DNA from: Lingula anatina
Lineage: Eukaryota > Animalia > Brachiopoda
Direction of reading: 5' to 3'
DNA: 64,000 nucleotides
Assembly (NCBI GenBank): GCA_051362555.1
Contig: CM120643.1
Coordinates: forward strand, 24,742,848 to 24,806,847
The stretch's first letter is position 1. Every line of letters begins with the position of its first letter. Under the pieces are notes generated by a model. That model ran no database searches and had not been told where the DNA came from. It worked only from the letters and a program-made list of their open reading frames with translations. This document shows, one piece after another, positions 1-15,500 of the stretch. The position numbers were made by a program, and so were the translations under genes.

Positions 1-333
1 TTAGTAAGATTGATTACTCCTGTGAGTTTCATGACAACAGGCCTAACGGTTTTCCTTAAAATGTGTTTACAGGGTTGCATATATGCTGAAAAGTGAAAAA
101 ACAGCATAACGTCTACAATAATGGCCTGATTATGCTGATTTTCGAACTTGACCTGCGTTTTATGAATATTCATCAGCTCTGTAAATATAAAGCCAAAAAG
201 TAAAACTGCCCTCCACTTATCGTGTTTACAAGGAAAGTGCACGGCGCCGACGGCGACGGCGCCGGCGACGCCGGCGACGACAGACGCAGGTGATGGCAAT
301 ATGTACAGACACATCTGTGTCTGTACATAAAAA
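1..333 (-). mobile_element. Second copy (5' end) of the same HINE family, truncated by window edge
   Basis: Reverse complement closely matches ~47801-48135: same hairpin (301-328), GCCGTC microsatellite (~241-285) and first ~160-bp repeat unit. Confidence 0.85.
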
Positions 334-500
334 GATCTTGAACCTTACTCAAGGAAGAAGTCGGTTTAATGGCAATAAAAGGGGCCATGCTGGAGAGATG
401 GAGAGATGATGTCCATTTGCCACGCTCTTTGTGTGCACTGCATAGCTCCTGCCGACTCCTACCCCATTATTGCACATCGTGTGGGTGCACACCACCCTCA

Positions 501-738
501 GGGCGCATTCCCAATGAAACTATTGTTCCACGATTATCGGTCCAACTCCGCGGGAACTCTCACTGTGTGCAATCAAATAAACTAAGTAACACGCCTCCTC
601 TTGTTTGCAACTTACTCGTATAATTACCGGATTTTCTGTATTCTACTCAAGAGGAAGCGTGCTAATCTTTTGATCTGATTGCATTCAGCAGAGTTTGATC
701 GATCAACGTAGTTCGATAGTTTTATTGGAAATGAGCCT
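501..738. mobile_element. PIF/Harbinger-like MITE
   Basis: Imperfect ~25-bp TIRs GGGCGCATTCCCAATGAAACTATTG ... CGATAGTTTTATTGGAAATGAGCCT, flanked by TCA/TAA; interior (GCCTCCTCTTGTTTGCAAC...TATTCTACTCA) is shared with ~35326-35390. Confidence 0.65.
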
Positions 739-3700
739 TAAGTTATTTTCCCGTGTAAACCCGCCTTCAAACCGTATCTCTTGCCACATAATCGTGATCT
801 GTTTAATGGGTTTCTGTTGTTTCTGTTCCAGGGTGTTTAAAGTCTATGTTGGACATCTATGTTCTGTTAATTAATTTCATTTCCCTTTTAAGCGGCGATG
901 TTTGTCCGGCAAAGCCATTTGTTAAGTAATTATTTCGTACAATTCCAGTTCAAATTTTGCCAAGAGTCGTACGCGGCGGTATGATTGAAACATACATTTC
1001 ACCGTTTGGCAAAATAGATAGAAAATTGAAACAAATACCCCTTTTTCAAATTATCACGATCGCATTAACCTGATTTCTTTTATACTTCAAACAACTGCTA
1101 AAATTTACGTCAACCAGTTCAAATCAAGTTGTTTGTCAAAGCCTTGGTATACAATCCATTTGTTATAATTAGAAAAATAATTACACTGTATTTTTTTCAA
1201 TATTTGAAAGACAAGAGTTAAAATTGTCCAATTAGTCAGCACATTAATCTTTTTTCAATTAATTGGATAAGGTAACTTTTTTGTCAAAATTTATTGCACA
1301 TTTAGAGTAGTTCTTCCTATCGATAACCGAGGGAAGAATAGAAGAATTCTCAAATGAATGTCTGATTTGTTAGTCAGTTAACGTCATCCCAAGGCACAGA
1401 CACTTGATGTTATGTCGATAAAAACCATGTTATAAAACTAAGAAATGAAACCCGACTGCTATTCTCTGGGGGGAGAGCTGCGGTGGAACTAACCGTAATA
1501 TTCCATTAAATTCCCTTACATTATTGAAATGGACATGGGATTGACTGTAACTCGACTGCATACGTGCCATTCTTCCATTCTCTGGTACTTGATGTTTTTC
1601 AGAACAACTATTTATCTTTATTGTCTGGCAATGTTCGCTGAATTGAAAAGAAAAAAAAATGCTGAGCGATTTTCTCTCAAATAAGTACGTGTTATCTAAC
1701 TGGCAATTAAGGCACCTTGAAGGAAAAAACATAGTATGATTTGCATTCATAATTGTCTAGAGACGCGATGGGTACAGCTACTTGCTTCAGTAATAACAAA
1801 ATAACGATAATGACCGAAAAAGAGATAATTTTTTTAAAAAAATAATAAATGAATACAAAACAACGAGAACAAGTTCGACTTGTTTGGTTTGGTAGTACAT
1901 GAGATGGGATGATTTATCACTAATTTTATTGAAATTGCCATGGAGATTAAGCTCAATGTCAGATAGTAAAGTTAGATCCTGCTAAATGCCTTCAATTAAA
2001 CAGCAGCGGTTCTGACATGTGTTCCCAAACTGTCTGCGGGAGTCTTTAACCACGTACATGTACCTCAATATAAAACATCCGAGATAGACTGGCAGTTGTA
2101 GTGACGTCATCCGAGATTTAAAAACTTGCGAGAAAACGCATGAGGTGGGACATGCCATAAGTAACAACGGTGAAACTGTATGCGCCAGGAATGCCGTCTT
2201 AAAAAGGGGTGCCAAAATAACAAGCAAAAAATGGTGAAAACGTACTATCTGAATTACATATAACAAGCATCAATTCTGAGGAAAACCCTACAGAGCATAT
2301 GAGAAAACAACCAGAAATATATGTGGATGAATTATGTAAACTTTCATCGTAAACCTGTCTAAAACGGCACTCGCTAACTAGTTTGTCATTACTTGTGACA
2401 CAAGTGGACTTCAAATTCAACGATATCCTTCTTGAATAAACTCTTAATCACCAGAATTTGGACTATTTCGGATGTTTTCCATTCCTTTTTAATTAACTCT
2501 TTACGACAGTGCTACGTAGTTATCAACTGTCACCCTTACATCTTGGACATATGAATATCTTTGAATTTGTAGGTAATTTCATTTCTTGACAAAGTTCTGC
2601 ATGTATAGCAGTCCGACGGCAAATTGAAAATTTTCTCCTGACTTCATATAAATGTGACTTACATTACTTGACTTACATTAATTGGCTCTTTATAGATGAA
2701 CATGGTAAAAAAAACATCAATGCGATACATTTTCTTTGTTTAGCTTTGGTTCTTAGATTACATTTATCCTTGTATTTTTAAGTAGTCTCCACGATTTGGT
2801 GGGAAAACTGCAGAGAATTATATAAAAACCATGAAACTGTGATTTACTTGCATCTATCAATTGAAAGGATTACTTCCTATGTTAATGTACAGTACGATAC
2901 AACAAAATTGGAAAGTCTACACACGTCAATTTGCCAAACCTGTTATATTTATGACAAAGAATTTGTTGAGAAAACTGGCATATTTACCTTACTGCATTAT
3001 CCTTCATTTCCTCATGGCAAAGCATTCACGAATCTACGGTAGTGACTTGCGAATACAACCTGGTGAAAATAATCTTGCCTTATACAGGGAATTATATCAG
3101 ATATAATATTCCCTGCCTTATATAACCAATATCGTTACGCCACGCCTCACGGAAATGTTTATAAATGCTATTACTTTGACTGTTCATGTTTGAAATGCAT
3201 AGAGGTCTAACATGAATTAACAAGAGCACGAATAGGAGCTGTGCTTTGATATCTCATTAGTTGCTAATCATTATAATGCTATGCACCAAATTAGAAAGAA
3301 TACGCAAACCCGCATGTTATGCAGGCGGCATCCAACTGCCCAAAAACGTAATCACCTATCCTTCGATATCTTGCGAGTGTTTCATTTCCTCAATTAGAGA
3401 AAACCTGTATAAATGTGAATCGTAAACAGTTACCAGTGAAATTGAGTGACATCTCTGAGATCAGGAACAGATAATTCTGCGTTTCAAAAACGTTTTATTC
3501 TCTAATGGTATTTCTTTAATATCCGGTTTTAAACAGTAACGTTAATCGTCCAACCCGAAGGGAAAATATACCAAAAGGGTTGGAAAAAAGTAAGTGCTCT
3601 TAATTCAAGAAATAATTAATCAGACTAACAAAATCCTGAGCCATGTTGCCATTTCCAAGAATTCAAAATTCCCAGAATCGAGAAGAGCGCGTGGGCAAAC

Positions 3701-6700
3701 TATTCGTCAATCTAAGTGGCATTTTTTCAATGCACAATACATTTTCACCAAAACATTACAGCATTCGTTATTTAATAAATTCAAGTCTATAATCCATAAA
3801 AATATGTCCAGCAGGCTTCACAAGAGTTCTTAAAACATATGTACTATATGGAAAGCAAGATATAAAACAAATGACTATACAGATATAGTAATTTAGAACT
3901 ATACAAGTAAAAAAAAAAACTTGGATTAAAATATGGCTGAAGTCATGAATAAAATATTTTTAAAAAATCTTTTTAAAAACGACTCCTGTATTTCTATTGG
4001 TTTTTCAATGGATTTACAGCTTAATGCAATCCACCGTTTTGGAGATATTAAAACAAGTCTGCTTTTCTGTCATTTCCTTCTTATACCTCCCTGAAAGGCA
4101 ATTTCGCTTAATTGCTTTAAATCCACAACAGATATCGATCTAAGTGGAAGCCGAAATTGCGTTTTTTTTTTTTACATATTCTCCAAGTAAGCCAAACAGA
4201 GTTATCCAGGTTATTTCCGGGATATATTAATGTGATGGCCCATGTTTGAGGCATGAATTATATATATATATATTTAACCGTAAATGGAGTAGTAAAAACG
4301 AGATGATGAACACGGTTTTAATGTTACCCTCGGCAAATTCGCAATCGCGCAAATCATCTGGCTCTAGTCTGCGATAATTGTGGTCAAAATGATACCTTGT
4401 GAGCCATACTCTCTCAAATTTGTGTTATAAAATTAAAATAATTGCTTGCGGTGTCCATTTTAAAACGATAATTTGAACGATGTTTATTTCGTTTGGCAGT
4501 TATCAGTAGAATACACACATGAAAAGTAAAAGGTACTCTACCGGTACACGCGATTTTTTCCTCGGAAAAAAAAATTTTGTCTCCCACTCACGAGTCATTA
4601 CTCGACCCGTCCTTGTACTTGGCTTCATTGTTTTATTCCATTTTAAAATTGGTCGATTTAGTTCTAAATGACAGGTCACTATGTCTTTCTGGACATTTCA
4701 GAAGGGAACCACCGACGTTTGGTACTTTTTTTAGAGGTTCACAGCTTTAAGGTCTGAATTAGGAGAGATCAGTGGCTTTTCAGGATACGTAGACATAGAA
4801 AATATGACTTTCAGATATATTCAACTGCACACAGTATACCTTTAACGTCGTCTAAATCTAGTAACCAGCAGATCCATGATGAATAAAGCCAGGGCTGCAG
4901 AAAAGCCGGCAAACACTGCGTGAGCTCCCCAAGCTATTCGATAAGCACAATACTTCTTACAATGTTAAAGTAAATCCTGATTTATTGACCATATGCATAT
5001 ATTTATATACGTGTATTTGACATTAAAGTTCAACCCTCCCAAACTGGAACTACCAGTACAGTCAAGAGCGTGGTCACATGCACCCAGACTAACTTACAAC
5101 TCGCGTTTCCAGATGTCTCGATTACAGCGACACCTTTACTGGGGCAGTGACCTACATAGAGTATCTATGTATTAAATATGCTCCGGCCTTGATATCTCTT
5201 CTAATTATTTAGTCCACTGGAAAGACCACATACAGTTTTGGACTAAACTTCAGTTCACCTGCTAACAATGTCTAATTCTAACTGTACATCTGTAAATACA
5301 GCAAATCATCGGAATGTTTTGGCTACGTAAGGCTCCCATACAAAGATACTGTAGCTTATGAAGACCTACAGCTTGCAACACTGAGGGATATTCAAGGATT
5401 GGTTTTTGTTTTAAAAGTATTATTTTTAAATCATATATTTACAAACATTCTGTTATACATAATATTACTCCATGATCACCACTACATTTAGGGACAAGCA
5501 GCAGCTGTTAACCTTGCTTATTATATATATTACACATAACCAATTAAACACATTAATAAATCGTCCGTTTAGCCTATATTATCTTATGTTAACTTTTATC
5601 TCTCATTGTATTTAAGTAATAAGCTTTGAAAAGACTTGGTCTTGCTAAGCTACAAGCTCAATTATCTCACAACAGGTAGCTGAGGAACTGTCTCACTGTG
5701 TGAGTTGGGCTTGTCACTGTGACAGAGCTAAGTGTTACCAGACACTACAGTTACAAGCATGTACAGTTTTAATAATAATAATAATGATAAAAATAATAAT
5801 AATAATAATAAATGATTACAACCATCTAATGTACAAACAAAGAAGCAGGACTGCAGTCAATTTGATACCAGTTTATATTAATCTTTAAGCTACTGTCTAT
5901 CGTATTATTTACATGTGTGATCTTGTGTTAAAAGTGCTAGTGAGCATAAGAAGTGAAAGGAAAATTTGGTATTCTTGGGTATGTCAAAGTATAGCAATCG
6001 TGATTATCTACAAAGTGAGCAATTCTGTGATGCACATTTGTATAAAAAAAACATCAAAATAACTTTGGTCATTTTGGCTAAAGGAAAGCAATTTTTATCA
6101 CCTATAGAAACAATATTGACTAATAAAAAATGACAATGTCAGCAGACTCTCAATTCAACAGTCAGATGAGTGTGATTTTCAATAATTTTCAGTCAAATTC
6201 AAATAAACAATTTTTTTTGGCAAAATTCCAGTAGGGTATAATATAGTTAAAGCAATTATACAACCCTTTCTTAATTCATTGTTATACAGTATTTCTGACA
6301 ACCATCACAGAACACTAATTAAACTTTTATTAATTAATTGATTAAATCCTTTTTGAAAACACATTGCATATGTTGATTGCAACATTGATACCTTCTGAAA
6401 CAATACTGATGCTGAAATCAGTTCATCGTTTTATTAATGAAATCACATACACAAAAGAATCCCATATTTACCAATATAAATAAATAATCAAATAAATAAC
6501 TAAAATAAATTAAAAATAAATGGGACTGCAACCTTGATAGACCCTTTCATCAACTCTTAAATATCATGTGAAAAACATAAACTACTGAAAAATTACTCTC
6601 AGTAGCTGGGACCTGACTTGTAAAACTATTGAAAGCATCATATGTAAAGACTGGCAAATCTTATATTGACAAAATTATCCCTGTATTTTATATTCATCTC

Positions 6701-7512
6701 ATAAAATATAACTGTCAATAAGGCAAGTAGAAGATAATAATCTGAATATTTGAAATATCACCCTGTAAAATATCACCTGGTCATCAGTTGCCAAGCTTTC
6801 ACAACGAATTAAAAAAATTGTGTGGTCTGTAAAGATTTGACATTGTGTTTTATATTTGTGGGCACATCAACATCATGAACAAATTCAACCTGAATATACC
6901 AAGTGACATCACCAATGATTAGTTTACATAGGGGGACACCACAGGGACCAGAACAGTCCAATCCCCTTCCATCTTGTGTAAGCATGCCATGAGAAACCTT
7001 TGCCCTGTGCACAGCCAAGTAAAAACAGGCATTATAAACATAATGAACAATGATACAGTTGGCTATACTTTATATCTATACATGGTACCTTTGAATTGTA
7101 TGCCCGATTATAAACCTTAACCTATAGCATATCAACCACTTACTTTTATTTCTACAAGATGATGCACATCATGCTTATCTTTCTTCTAATTACAATAAAT
7201 ATGAAATCTGTGGATTGAAATACTAGATAATACCTTTGTCTTTTATAAATAATATGAAAAGCAATATGATGGATACAACAAATATTATCAGCCACAGAGA
7301 CATTGTTTTCAATACAAAATTTGTAATCCCTAGATACAGAGGAAATGGTTTTCATAGACCTTTATGGCCATGCTGGTAATTATTTTTATTGGTTGATTTG
7401 GGGATGAGAAGGTTGTCCTTTTTGGTCATGATTTCGTGGAAAAATGGGCAAAATGATGATAAGAAGGAGGTGGAGGAAAGTTCCAGGGTTCACCTCACTC
7501 TGATTCTAACAC

Positions 7513-10500
7513 TTACACCATCACCACATCTTCTTCATCTACAAACTCAAACTCATCGGTCGATGTTCCCCCTTCACTTGTTTTCCCGTCAAATGGCGGA
7601 GGCGTAACATGCTCTTCTGATTTATCAGATTTTTCTGCCTTTAAATCAGAAATGTGCTCTTGTTGTTGTTGTTTTTGTTTTAGAGAGCTATCTTCAGGCA
7701 CAACATCCCCACTTGGCTTGTCGTCAATGGTGGCTCCACTCGGCTTGTCTTGTTTAGTGTTGCCACCTAGATTAAGAGCAGAACTCTCCTCCTGTGTTGC
7801 CACAGCATCATTTGCACCAGAGTTCCGTCCTTTGAATGCATGTGGCTGGTCCTCTTTCTTCTGAAACTGGGATTCCATCTCCTTGGAAAGAGCACTGAAC
7901 AAACTGCGGGTTTTTTGCTGACGCTCAGCAGCAGGTGTGGATGCCAAATTGCCGTGAAGGGAGCGCGAGCGTGCTATCACATCTGAAATAAAGATATATG
8001 ACAAACTTTACAGACTTCATTGGGATTCCTCAAGATCGGACAATTCCCCTTTGTACTTCATTCACTTTGTATAGGGCCTTAAATCAACTATCAAAAGATA
8101 TTTTCTTAACATTTTGGGAGACCCTGTAACAAAAAGTTATATATGGCAAATAACAGATGAATGCAACATGCTGTCAATATCAAGCTTTCTTTAGAGTCAA
8201 ATGGAAATGTGACAGAATTGTAAAAACCTCAACTTTAAATCTTAAGGAATATCATCATTTAAATATTTTGAACATGTGTTTTATCAACTCCGTCAAGATC
8301 CCTTTAAGTAAATGACTGAGTGGTCTTTCTAAGCTAGCTTATAACCAAAACTGAAAGCAGCTCTCTTTGGAATTGTACAGCCTGTTTTTTATTCTTTAAA
8401 GCAAATAGAAACAACACACTGGCCACTTTTTTTCTTACCAATAAATGCTCTCCACACTACTTGTTAGCAACACACAAACCCTACAACTGACATATTGGAA
8501 AAAGCTCATGGAGACAGTTTCACCCTTTTGTTCAAGAGAAATCTTAATCTATTCTTCAGTGACATAACAATTTCCCATAATGTGATAAGAATTCCACCTT
8601 ACACAACATTTGGTATAAGTTTAAATAAATGATGAAATATAAGAATAACTTTATGTGGATCCACTGAAAATGTTTGGCAGGTTAGGAGAATGTTGGTGCT
8701 ATTGTTATCTGTTGAAATACAATTCATTTTGCCAAAGGTCAACAAGCAGTATCAATAATGGTTGAGTGACATTTTGAGAAGGTTGAAATGAAAAGTTTGA
8801 ATGTTAAATTAAAAAATTAAAATAAATAAGCCACTTTTTATTATAATGGTAGTACCAGTAGGATTATAAGCCTGTTACAATTTGCAAAATAAAAACAAAT
8901 ATCTGCAATTATTTCATAAAACTCTATGGTTTGCCAGTGACCAGTGACTGTAGGCTCAGTGACAATCTTACAAATAATTAAATAAATGCCGAATAAAGTG
9001 TTGTCATTAATTCAGTTATTATGTGTATAAGACTTTGCTTCTTTCCAACATTTGAAAAAAATAAATCAAAGCAAAATATTGCAAAAAACAATTTTCAATT
9101 AATATTGCCTAAGCATTAAAATTGGTAAACAAAAGCCGTGTATAAAAGCTGGCAGCACAGCAATGCATCAGGCAAAATCCCATTACCTCACAATAACCAA
9201 TGGTATCACTGATTAGTTATACAGCCATCGACTGGAAAAAGGCACAAACACGTTTGAATACAGTATTGTCTATGTGCATTACTATAATGACCATTTTACA
9301 AACAAGGCAGATAAACATGCAAGTCTTCAAGTTAGATATTTTTCGTCTTCAAGTTAGATATTTTTCAAGTGGTAGGGTGGACAATTGTTAACAGCAGCAC
9401 AATTGGCATGCTTTATAAATTTTTTTTATTAAATAAATTATTTCTAAAAAAATGATAATGGGCTACAAAGCTATGATCATCAATTTAGCATTATCAAATC
9501 AGAGATACAGTATTAAGACATAATGCACAAAATATCTTCAGCACAATAAATTCAGTCAATAAATTGATAAAATATACAGTAACAGTGTCACTGCTACAAA
9601 TGGGATGCTTGTATATAAGACATAACCTGGTTTTCTTGACAGATTATATCCAATATATTAATACACATGCAGGTTACAGGTTACAGGGGTATCTAGGAAA
9701 ACAAGATTCCCTTTAGCTGGGATGAAACTCAGGGTATTGTCAGTTATTAAGACTTTTTTGATGAGATGATTCTATGTTAGAGTATAAAACTTGTGGCATG
9801 GATGTCGAGTTTGCATTCTATTTGCAACTCGCTTCATTCTTTCGGAGTTAAGGCCTTTCATGCTCATTGCGTTCCTTCATTCACATGCAAAAATGGGTAC
9901 CAATGCAATGTGAAGGAAAGTTTCAGGAGACTAGCATCCCATCCATGGGAACATAAAGACCTGTCAAGTGCTTCTCACGATAGAAACTAGACATGAGCAC
10001 TGGTCTGGGCATCCCCTTCATAGTGTTAATCCTTTTTTATTTTTGGTATTATTTTTAACAATTTCTAGAAATCTTAACCAAAGAAACCTTACTATAAGAT
10101 CCAAATCAAATCTGCAAAACTGTGCTCTGCTTTCAGTACTGACATTAGACTTATCAAATAAATCAAGAGTACAGTAATGTGAAGGTTGGTCCCAGGACAA
10201 ATTGCTTTTCTGCTTTCACGTATAAGTCTACAGAAAAATAGAGGTGAGAAGTAAATTAAAGTTATTTACCTGTGGGTAAAGATTCCTCAGAGCTGTGTCC
10301 TGTCTTGTCTGCCAGGTCCTCTGTGCTGCTGCTGCCACCTAGTGTCTGATCTTTTCCTGGAGATTCTTCAGAATTCTCAGCGTGGTCCTCATTGTCTTCT
10401 AACATGCTGGATGGGCGGGAGGTCGACTCTGTGAGAACAATGTGGAAGAATTAGTGACACTGAACATGGTCAGTCCATTTAATTGCAACTTAATGTAAAA

Positions 10501-12499
10501 GAAATCTTATGAAGACATAGCCATGTTGCAATACTGTAAATATTTCCTGAAAATCTTTTTAAAAGTACTTCTTAAATCATTATGTATATGTATGTAAATG
10601 AATTCAAAAATTCATTTTTAAGAATTCAAAGGCAACACAATACAACTATCAGAAAAAACCCTGATCAGTATTTATAAAGATTGGACTTACCCTCTTCCTT
10701 GGTGCCAGAAGCATCTTTTCCTGCTGGGCTCCCTTCTGGAGTCATGGAACCTGCCTTAGGGCGGGGCTTAGGTTTGGGTTTAGGTGCGACTGGGGGAGGT
10801 TTGGGGCGAAGTAAAGGCTTTGGTTTCATTGGTTGCTTCGGGGAGGGTCCATCTGTGCTGTCTTCTATGGGAAAAGCAGAAGGGAAGATAAGATATGAGC
10901 AAAGGGGTTAAATAAAAAGATACAAGTGTGGAGTTGGAGATGAAATAAATCTGTTGTGGGGAAAATTCAGAATTCTTGTGATGGTATACAACTACTGAAG
11001 AACCATACTCTGCGGGCACTTTTGTGCATTTATTTATAACTTTTTTATTGTTCAGAGCTCATTCAAAACCATCTCTTGCTTTTATGGACTTCTGTGCACA
11101 ACTTGGAAATATGTTTACATTTCCAAAAAGAGGTTAAAAATTCTACATTAAGGATATCAATAGAAATAAGTGATATCATATAATATTGTGGTTAAAAAAT
11201 GATCAAGCTTATCCAAAAAATGTCCTTCACTCCATTCAAATATAACGAGAATAGGAATTTATACGTGCCCAGTATATATGATAGTGCCTGAATATTATGA
11301 AATGTTTTTTCGTTAGTGTGCTATCATTTTTTGTGTGCAACCTTTTTCCCAAATTTGGGTTTGTGCATGATTTTGTCAGGAGAATTCTGCTTGGATTTTT
11401 CTGGAATTTTGAAAACAAAACGATGCAGATTGGAAACAGATTCACTTTGAATATTTGTCTGCAGTATTGCTCTGTATGTGTGTCATGTCTTGCCCCAAAA
11501 TCACGAATTACAACATCCAACTGACTCAATTCAAAGAATCTATGCGATGACTTAAACCACAAATCACAAACGCCTTCAAAATGTTCTTATGCAGTCTCAC
11601 AAATATCAACATAAACCAGTGAATAATCCTTCAGCTTGTAATGTCAAAATGACCATTAAGGTCAAGGAAATGATCAAAAATTCAAATCACTTCACAATGT
11701 ACAACCAATCAGTACATACTTTCTGCTTTCACAGCTGTGGGGTGTGGTTTGGAGGAACTGCTCTCTGCCTTTGCTGGCGATGGGGTAGACGGCACCTTCA
11801 CAGGAGATTGTTGGGCAGACGACACTTTAACAGCTGGGGTTGTCTCCTCCCTGACAGATGTCGTAGTTGTTGTTGTTGTCGTAGTAGTTGTTACTGCTGC
11901 TGTTGATGATGATGGTGCAGTTGTTGCTGTGGTCGATGTTGCTGGTACTGTTGTTGATGGATGCGCTGGAGATTTGGCTTCAGAGGCAGCTTCCTCGGCA
12001 TTCTTTTCTGCAGCCAGACGCGACGCACGTGCTGCTGATCGTGTTCTTGGCGCTGGAACAGGTTGTGGGGCCTCCTTAGCATCTTTGGGTTTGTCTTCTG
12101 AAGGTGGGGGCTAAAGGAATGGAAGTTTCAGATCATAATTATTGGCCAGAAAGAATATATTTTAGCCTACCTACCTACCTAGCGAGAGCGAGAGAGAGAG
12201 AGAGAGAGACTGAAAAAAATTCATTAAAAAATACACAAGTGCAATCAATGTTTCTTACCTTGGCCATTTTTGATTCCCTCTTGGCCTTCATCTCTGACAA
12301 GATCCCACCCCCAAACCCCATCCCAAACTTGGGCACCATGGGTTTCTTCACGGGGGCTGGAGCCTCAGCGGGAGCCTCAGCGGGCTCCTCTGACTTGGGT
12401 TCTTCTTCTTTCTTGTCTGGAATATTCACATTGAGAATACTGTGCAATGAATTTGACTTTTTTATATGTATGGTTGCAAATGATCAGAGATTCAGTGGC

Positions 12500-12581
<82 letters not shown>

Positions 12582-15500
12582 CTCCCTGGGGGAATAAGGA
12601 TCGATCGAGTCATCAAAATCATAAGTAGCCTTAGTCAGTTACAGTAAAATGCAGATCTTAATTGATTATGAACAAATGTATCTGTAATCTTACAAATAAG
12701 TCAGAGCTTTTGATCTCACTTGTACGCTTGTTAGTCCAGCTACAGACTTAAAAACTTTCAAGCAAGAATTACTTTCAATGTTAATAAAAATCTTATCAGC
12801 ATATCTTGTTATAAATCTAAGTATCTTTATGTAGCTTCCATTTTTCACTTCAAAGATGAAGTTATTTGCAATATTCTTTTAAGATGTAATAAAAATTAAT
12901 GACATATATGGCCAGCACTAATGATTTAGGATATCAATACCTTTAACCAGCCAACATATGTAAACAACTACCTTGTTCTTTCTCTTCCCCCTCTATTTTT
13001 TCCTCCTCTACTTTGGGGACAGTCTTGGGGACTTCAGTTGCCGAGGTAGGCACGTGATTTTTCTCCGAGGAAATTGTCTTTACGGACTTCTCCAAGGACC
13101 CTGCTCTTTCCCTTTCTATTGATTTCTCAGGTGGTTTCTCTACCACACTTGCCTCATTATGCTTCTCTAAAGATCCAGACTTCAGGCTGCTTGTTTCTAG
13201 GGATCTTTCAAGGGAAGAAGTCTTTGTGCTACCACGCTCAACAGAATCTTTCTTGGGTAACTTTTCAAGGGAGTCACTTTTCTTCAAATCCTCAGTTCTC
13301 CTTGAGGGTGATCTAGATTTTGTGTGCTCTGGCACAGTGGAAGATTTTAAAGATGGCTGCCGTGCTGCCTCCACAGACGGCTGCTCTGTGTGGGACTTCT
13401 CATTTTTGCGATGTGCTTCTGGACTCCTCGTCCCCGAAGAGCCCTTGGACCACAGGCTGCTCAAGCCTGCCTTAAAACCAGCAGCAAATCCACTGAAAAC
13501 ACAGAAAACACTTGTTGCTTGAATTCCAATTTTTTTTCTGTTACTTTATTATCAATGTTTAGAATGATTTGTTATTGGTGCTGGCAACAAAAAAGTACTT
13601 AAAGTACTTAATTTATCCTGAATCTGATGGTTTATTTACCCCTTTTCCTTCTTTTCTTTTTCCTTCTCTTTGTGTTCTTTGTCTTTGTGCTCTTTGTCTT
13701 TACTGCCAAATCTTGACCATCCTTTTTTCTTGCTGCCACTTTCCCTAAAGAACAATTTATAAAAGTAAAAATATGACCAGATACAAAACTTTTCAATAAC
13801 TCTAAATAACTACACTGGCTTTTGAAATGACAGCATTTACTGTTAGTACTAACCTTGTCTCATCATTCTTATCCATCTGTGGTTTAGGTTTCACTGGTTC
13901 TTTCGAATGGGCAGCAGCATGTTCCTTAGAAACCGGCTTTGCCTCAAAAAAGCCATCAACAGATTCCGTACTCAGTTCATCCTCAACAGTTTCTATTACT
14001 GAGGGCACCTTCATGGGGCGTGTAGCTGCACGCGTCTTGAATCGTTTTGGTCGAGCCTTATTCAGATGTTCCAATTTTTGGCCAGGTAGACTAGGAAGAT
14101 CACCTACCACAAGAAGATAAGTAATTTCAGAAAAAAACCTATGATGTCTGTGCAGAATATAGATAATTGTTACCAAATTCACTATTAAATTATTTCTTTG
14201 ATTTCAAGATTGGAAACACCATATCCTGAGCAACACGGAAGTTAAAATGAAATTTTTGTGTACATAATAAAGATAAACATGAAACAGATGACCTATGTCA
14301 GTACTTGTAAAAGCTCACTTTTTCTTCATGTTTTTAGCCAAACCATACAAAAGTGTAAGGCAGTCATTATTGTCAAATAAAAACAATTTCTTAATTTCCA
14401 GTCCAGTAGTCAAACCCCCCCCCAAAAAAAAGGCATCCTCCCCCTTCTCACAATTAAATCTGATCTTTCAATTCTTGAAAAAGTGTCTTATCCTATGAAA
14501 TTACTCTTATTTTCCTTACAGTTCTCACCTATGATATCAACATCCTCTCCCCTCTCCTTACTGTCCTCCTGAATGGGTTCAGGTGTACTCTTAGACATGG
14601 GACCATCCAAAGTATCCTTCTCTGGGGAATCCAATTTAATTTCTAGGAAAGTCAGAGAAACCATAGGAATTGTGATTAACAATATCACTGTGAATTGTTA
14701 TCAGTTTTGTGAAGATTTAGACAACAGTGTTGCTCTTATTACAGCAATGCTTAGTACATTTAGTTGTTAAAATAAAGATCCATTTCAATAAAAAGAAAAA
14801 ATTACAGATGTTTAGATTGATATAAAAATAAAGAACATGCATTTTAATAAGATATAAAATAAATATCAAATGCAGGCAAATAAGTAATAAGTATATTATG
14901 TAAATGCATGAAAATCCCATTAATCTTTAAACCATTTGATTACCAATTGAAAATAAAACCAAAGATGCAGAAGAAAACATTTTGAAAGGAATAATAAGAT
15001 AATTTCAAAGAAAGAAACAGGACTCTGCTGAAATAAGCACAAAATCTTTTGGTGTTTGCAGATTACATGACTTTGCTAGCTTGAGAAAATCAGGGCAGGT
15101 AAGGTGTAAAAAACAATACACTGTGAAAAAATAAGCATGTTACAATATTCAGGTTACCCTTGAAAATGATCTGCTTTGCGAGAAAGGAAAAGATACCTGT
15201 ATCCAAATCAAAATAAGAAACTGTAGGCCTACATTGGATGAGGTGTAATTCCAAGCCATGCAGGTCTGACAATAAAGAAAAAATTATGAAGGAGGGGAAA
15301 GTTTGCAGGATCTCAAAACCTGAACAAAAAAAGGAGAGATCAACCTTGAGGGAGGAGGGCAGATTTCCTCTCTTTATGATGATGATGGTGGTGGTGGAAT
15401 AAGCCTTCAAGTTTTTGCTTAAAGCCAGGAAAACCTTTCGGCTTGCTACCACTTGGTGGCTTCTTAGGAGGAGTAGCCAGTTTTTGCAAGCTTCCAGTTT

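Noticed and set aside
1430-3833. Short ORFs (67-106 aa) in the left intergenic region
   Set aside because: No recognisable domains or consistent exon structure.
4843-4960. Minus-strand stretch encoding a TM-like tail (AWGAHAVFAGFSAALALFIMDLLVTRFRRR-stop)
   Set aside because: Only ~40 codons, no upstream ATG, no convincing acceptor or partner exons; likely chance.
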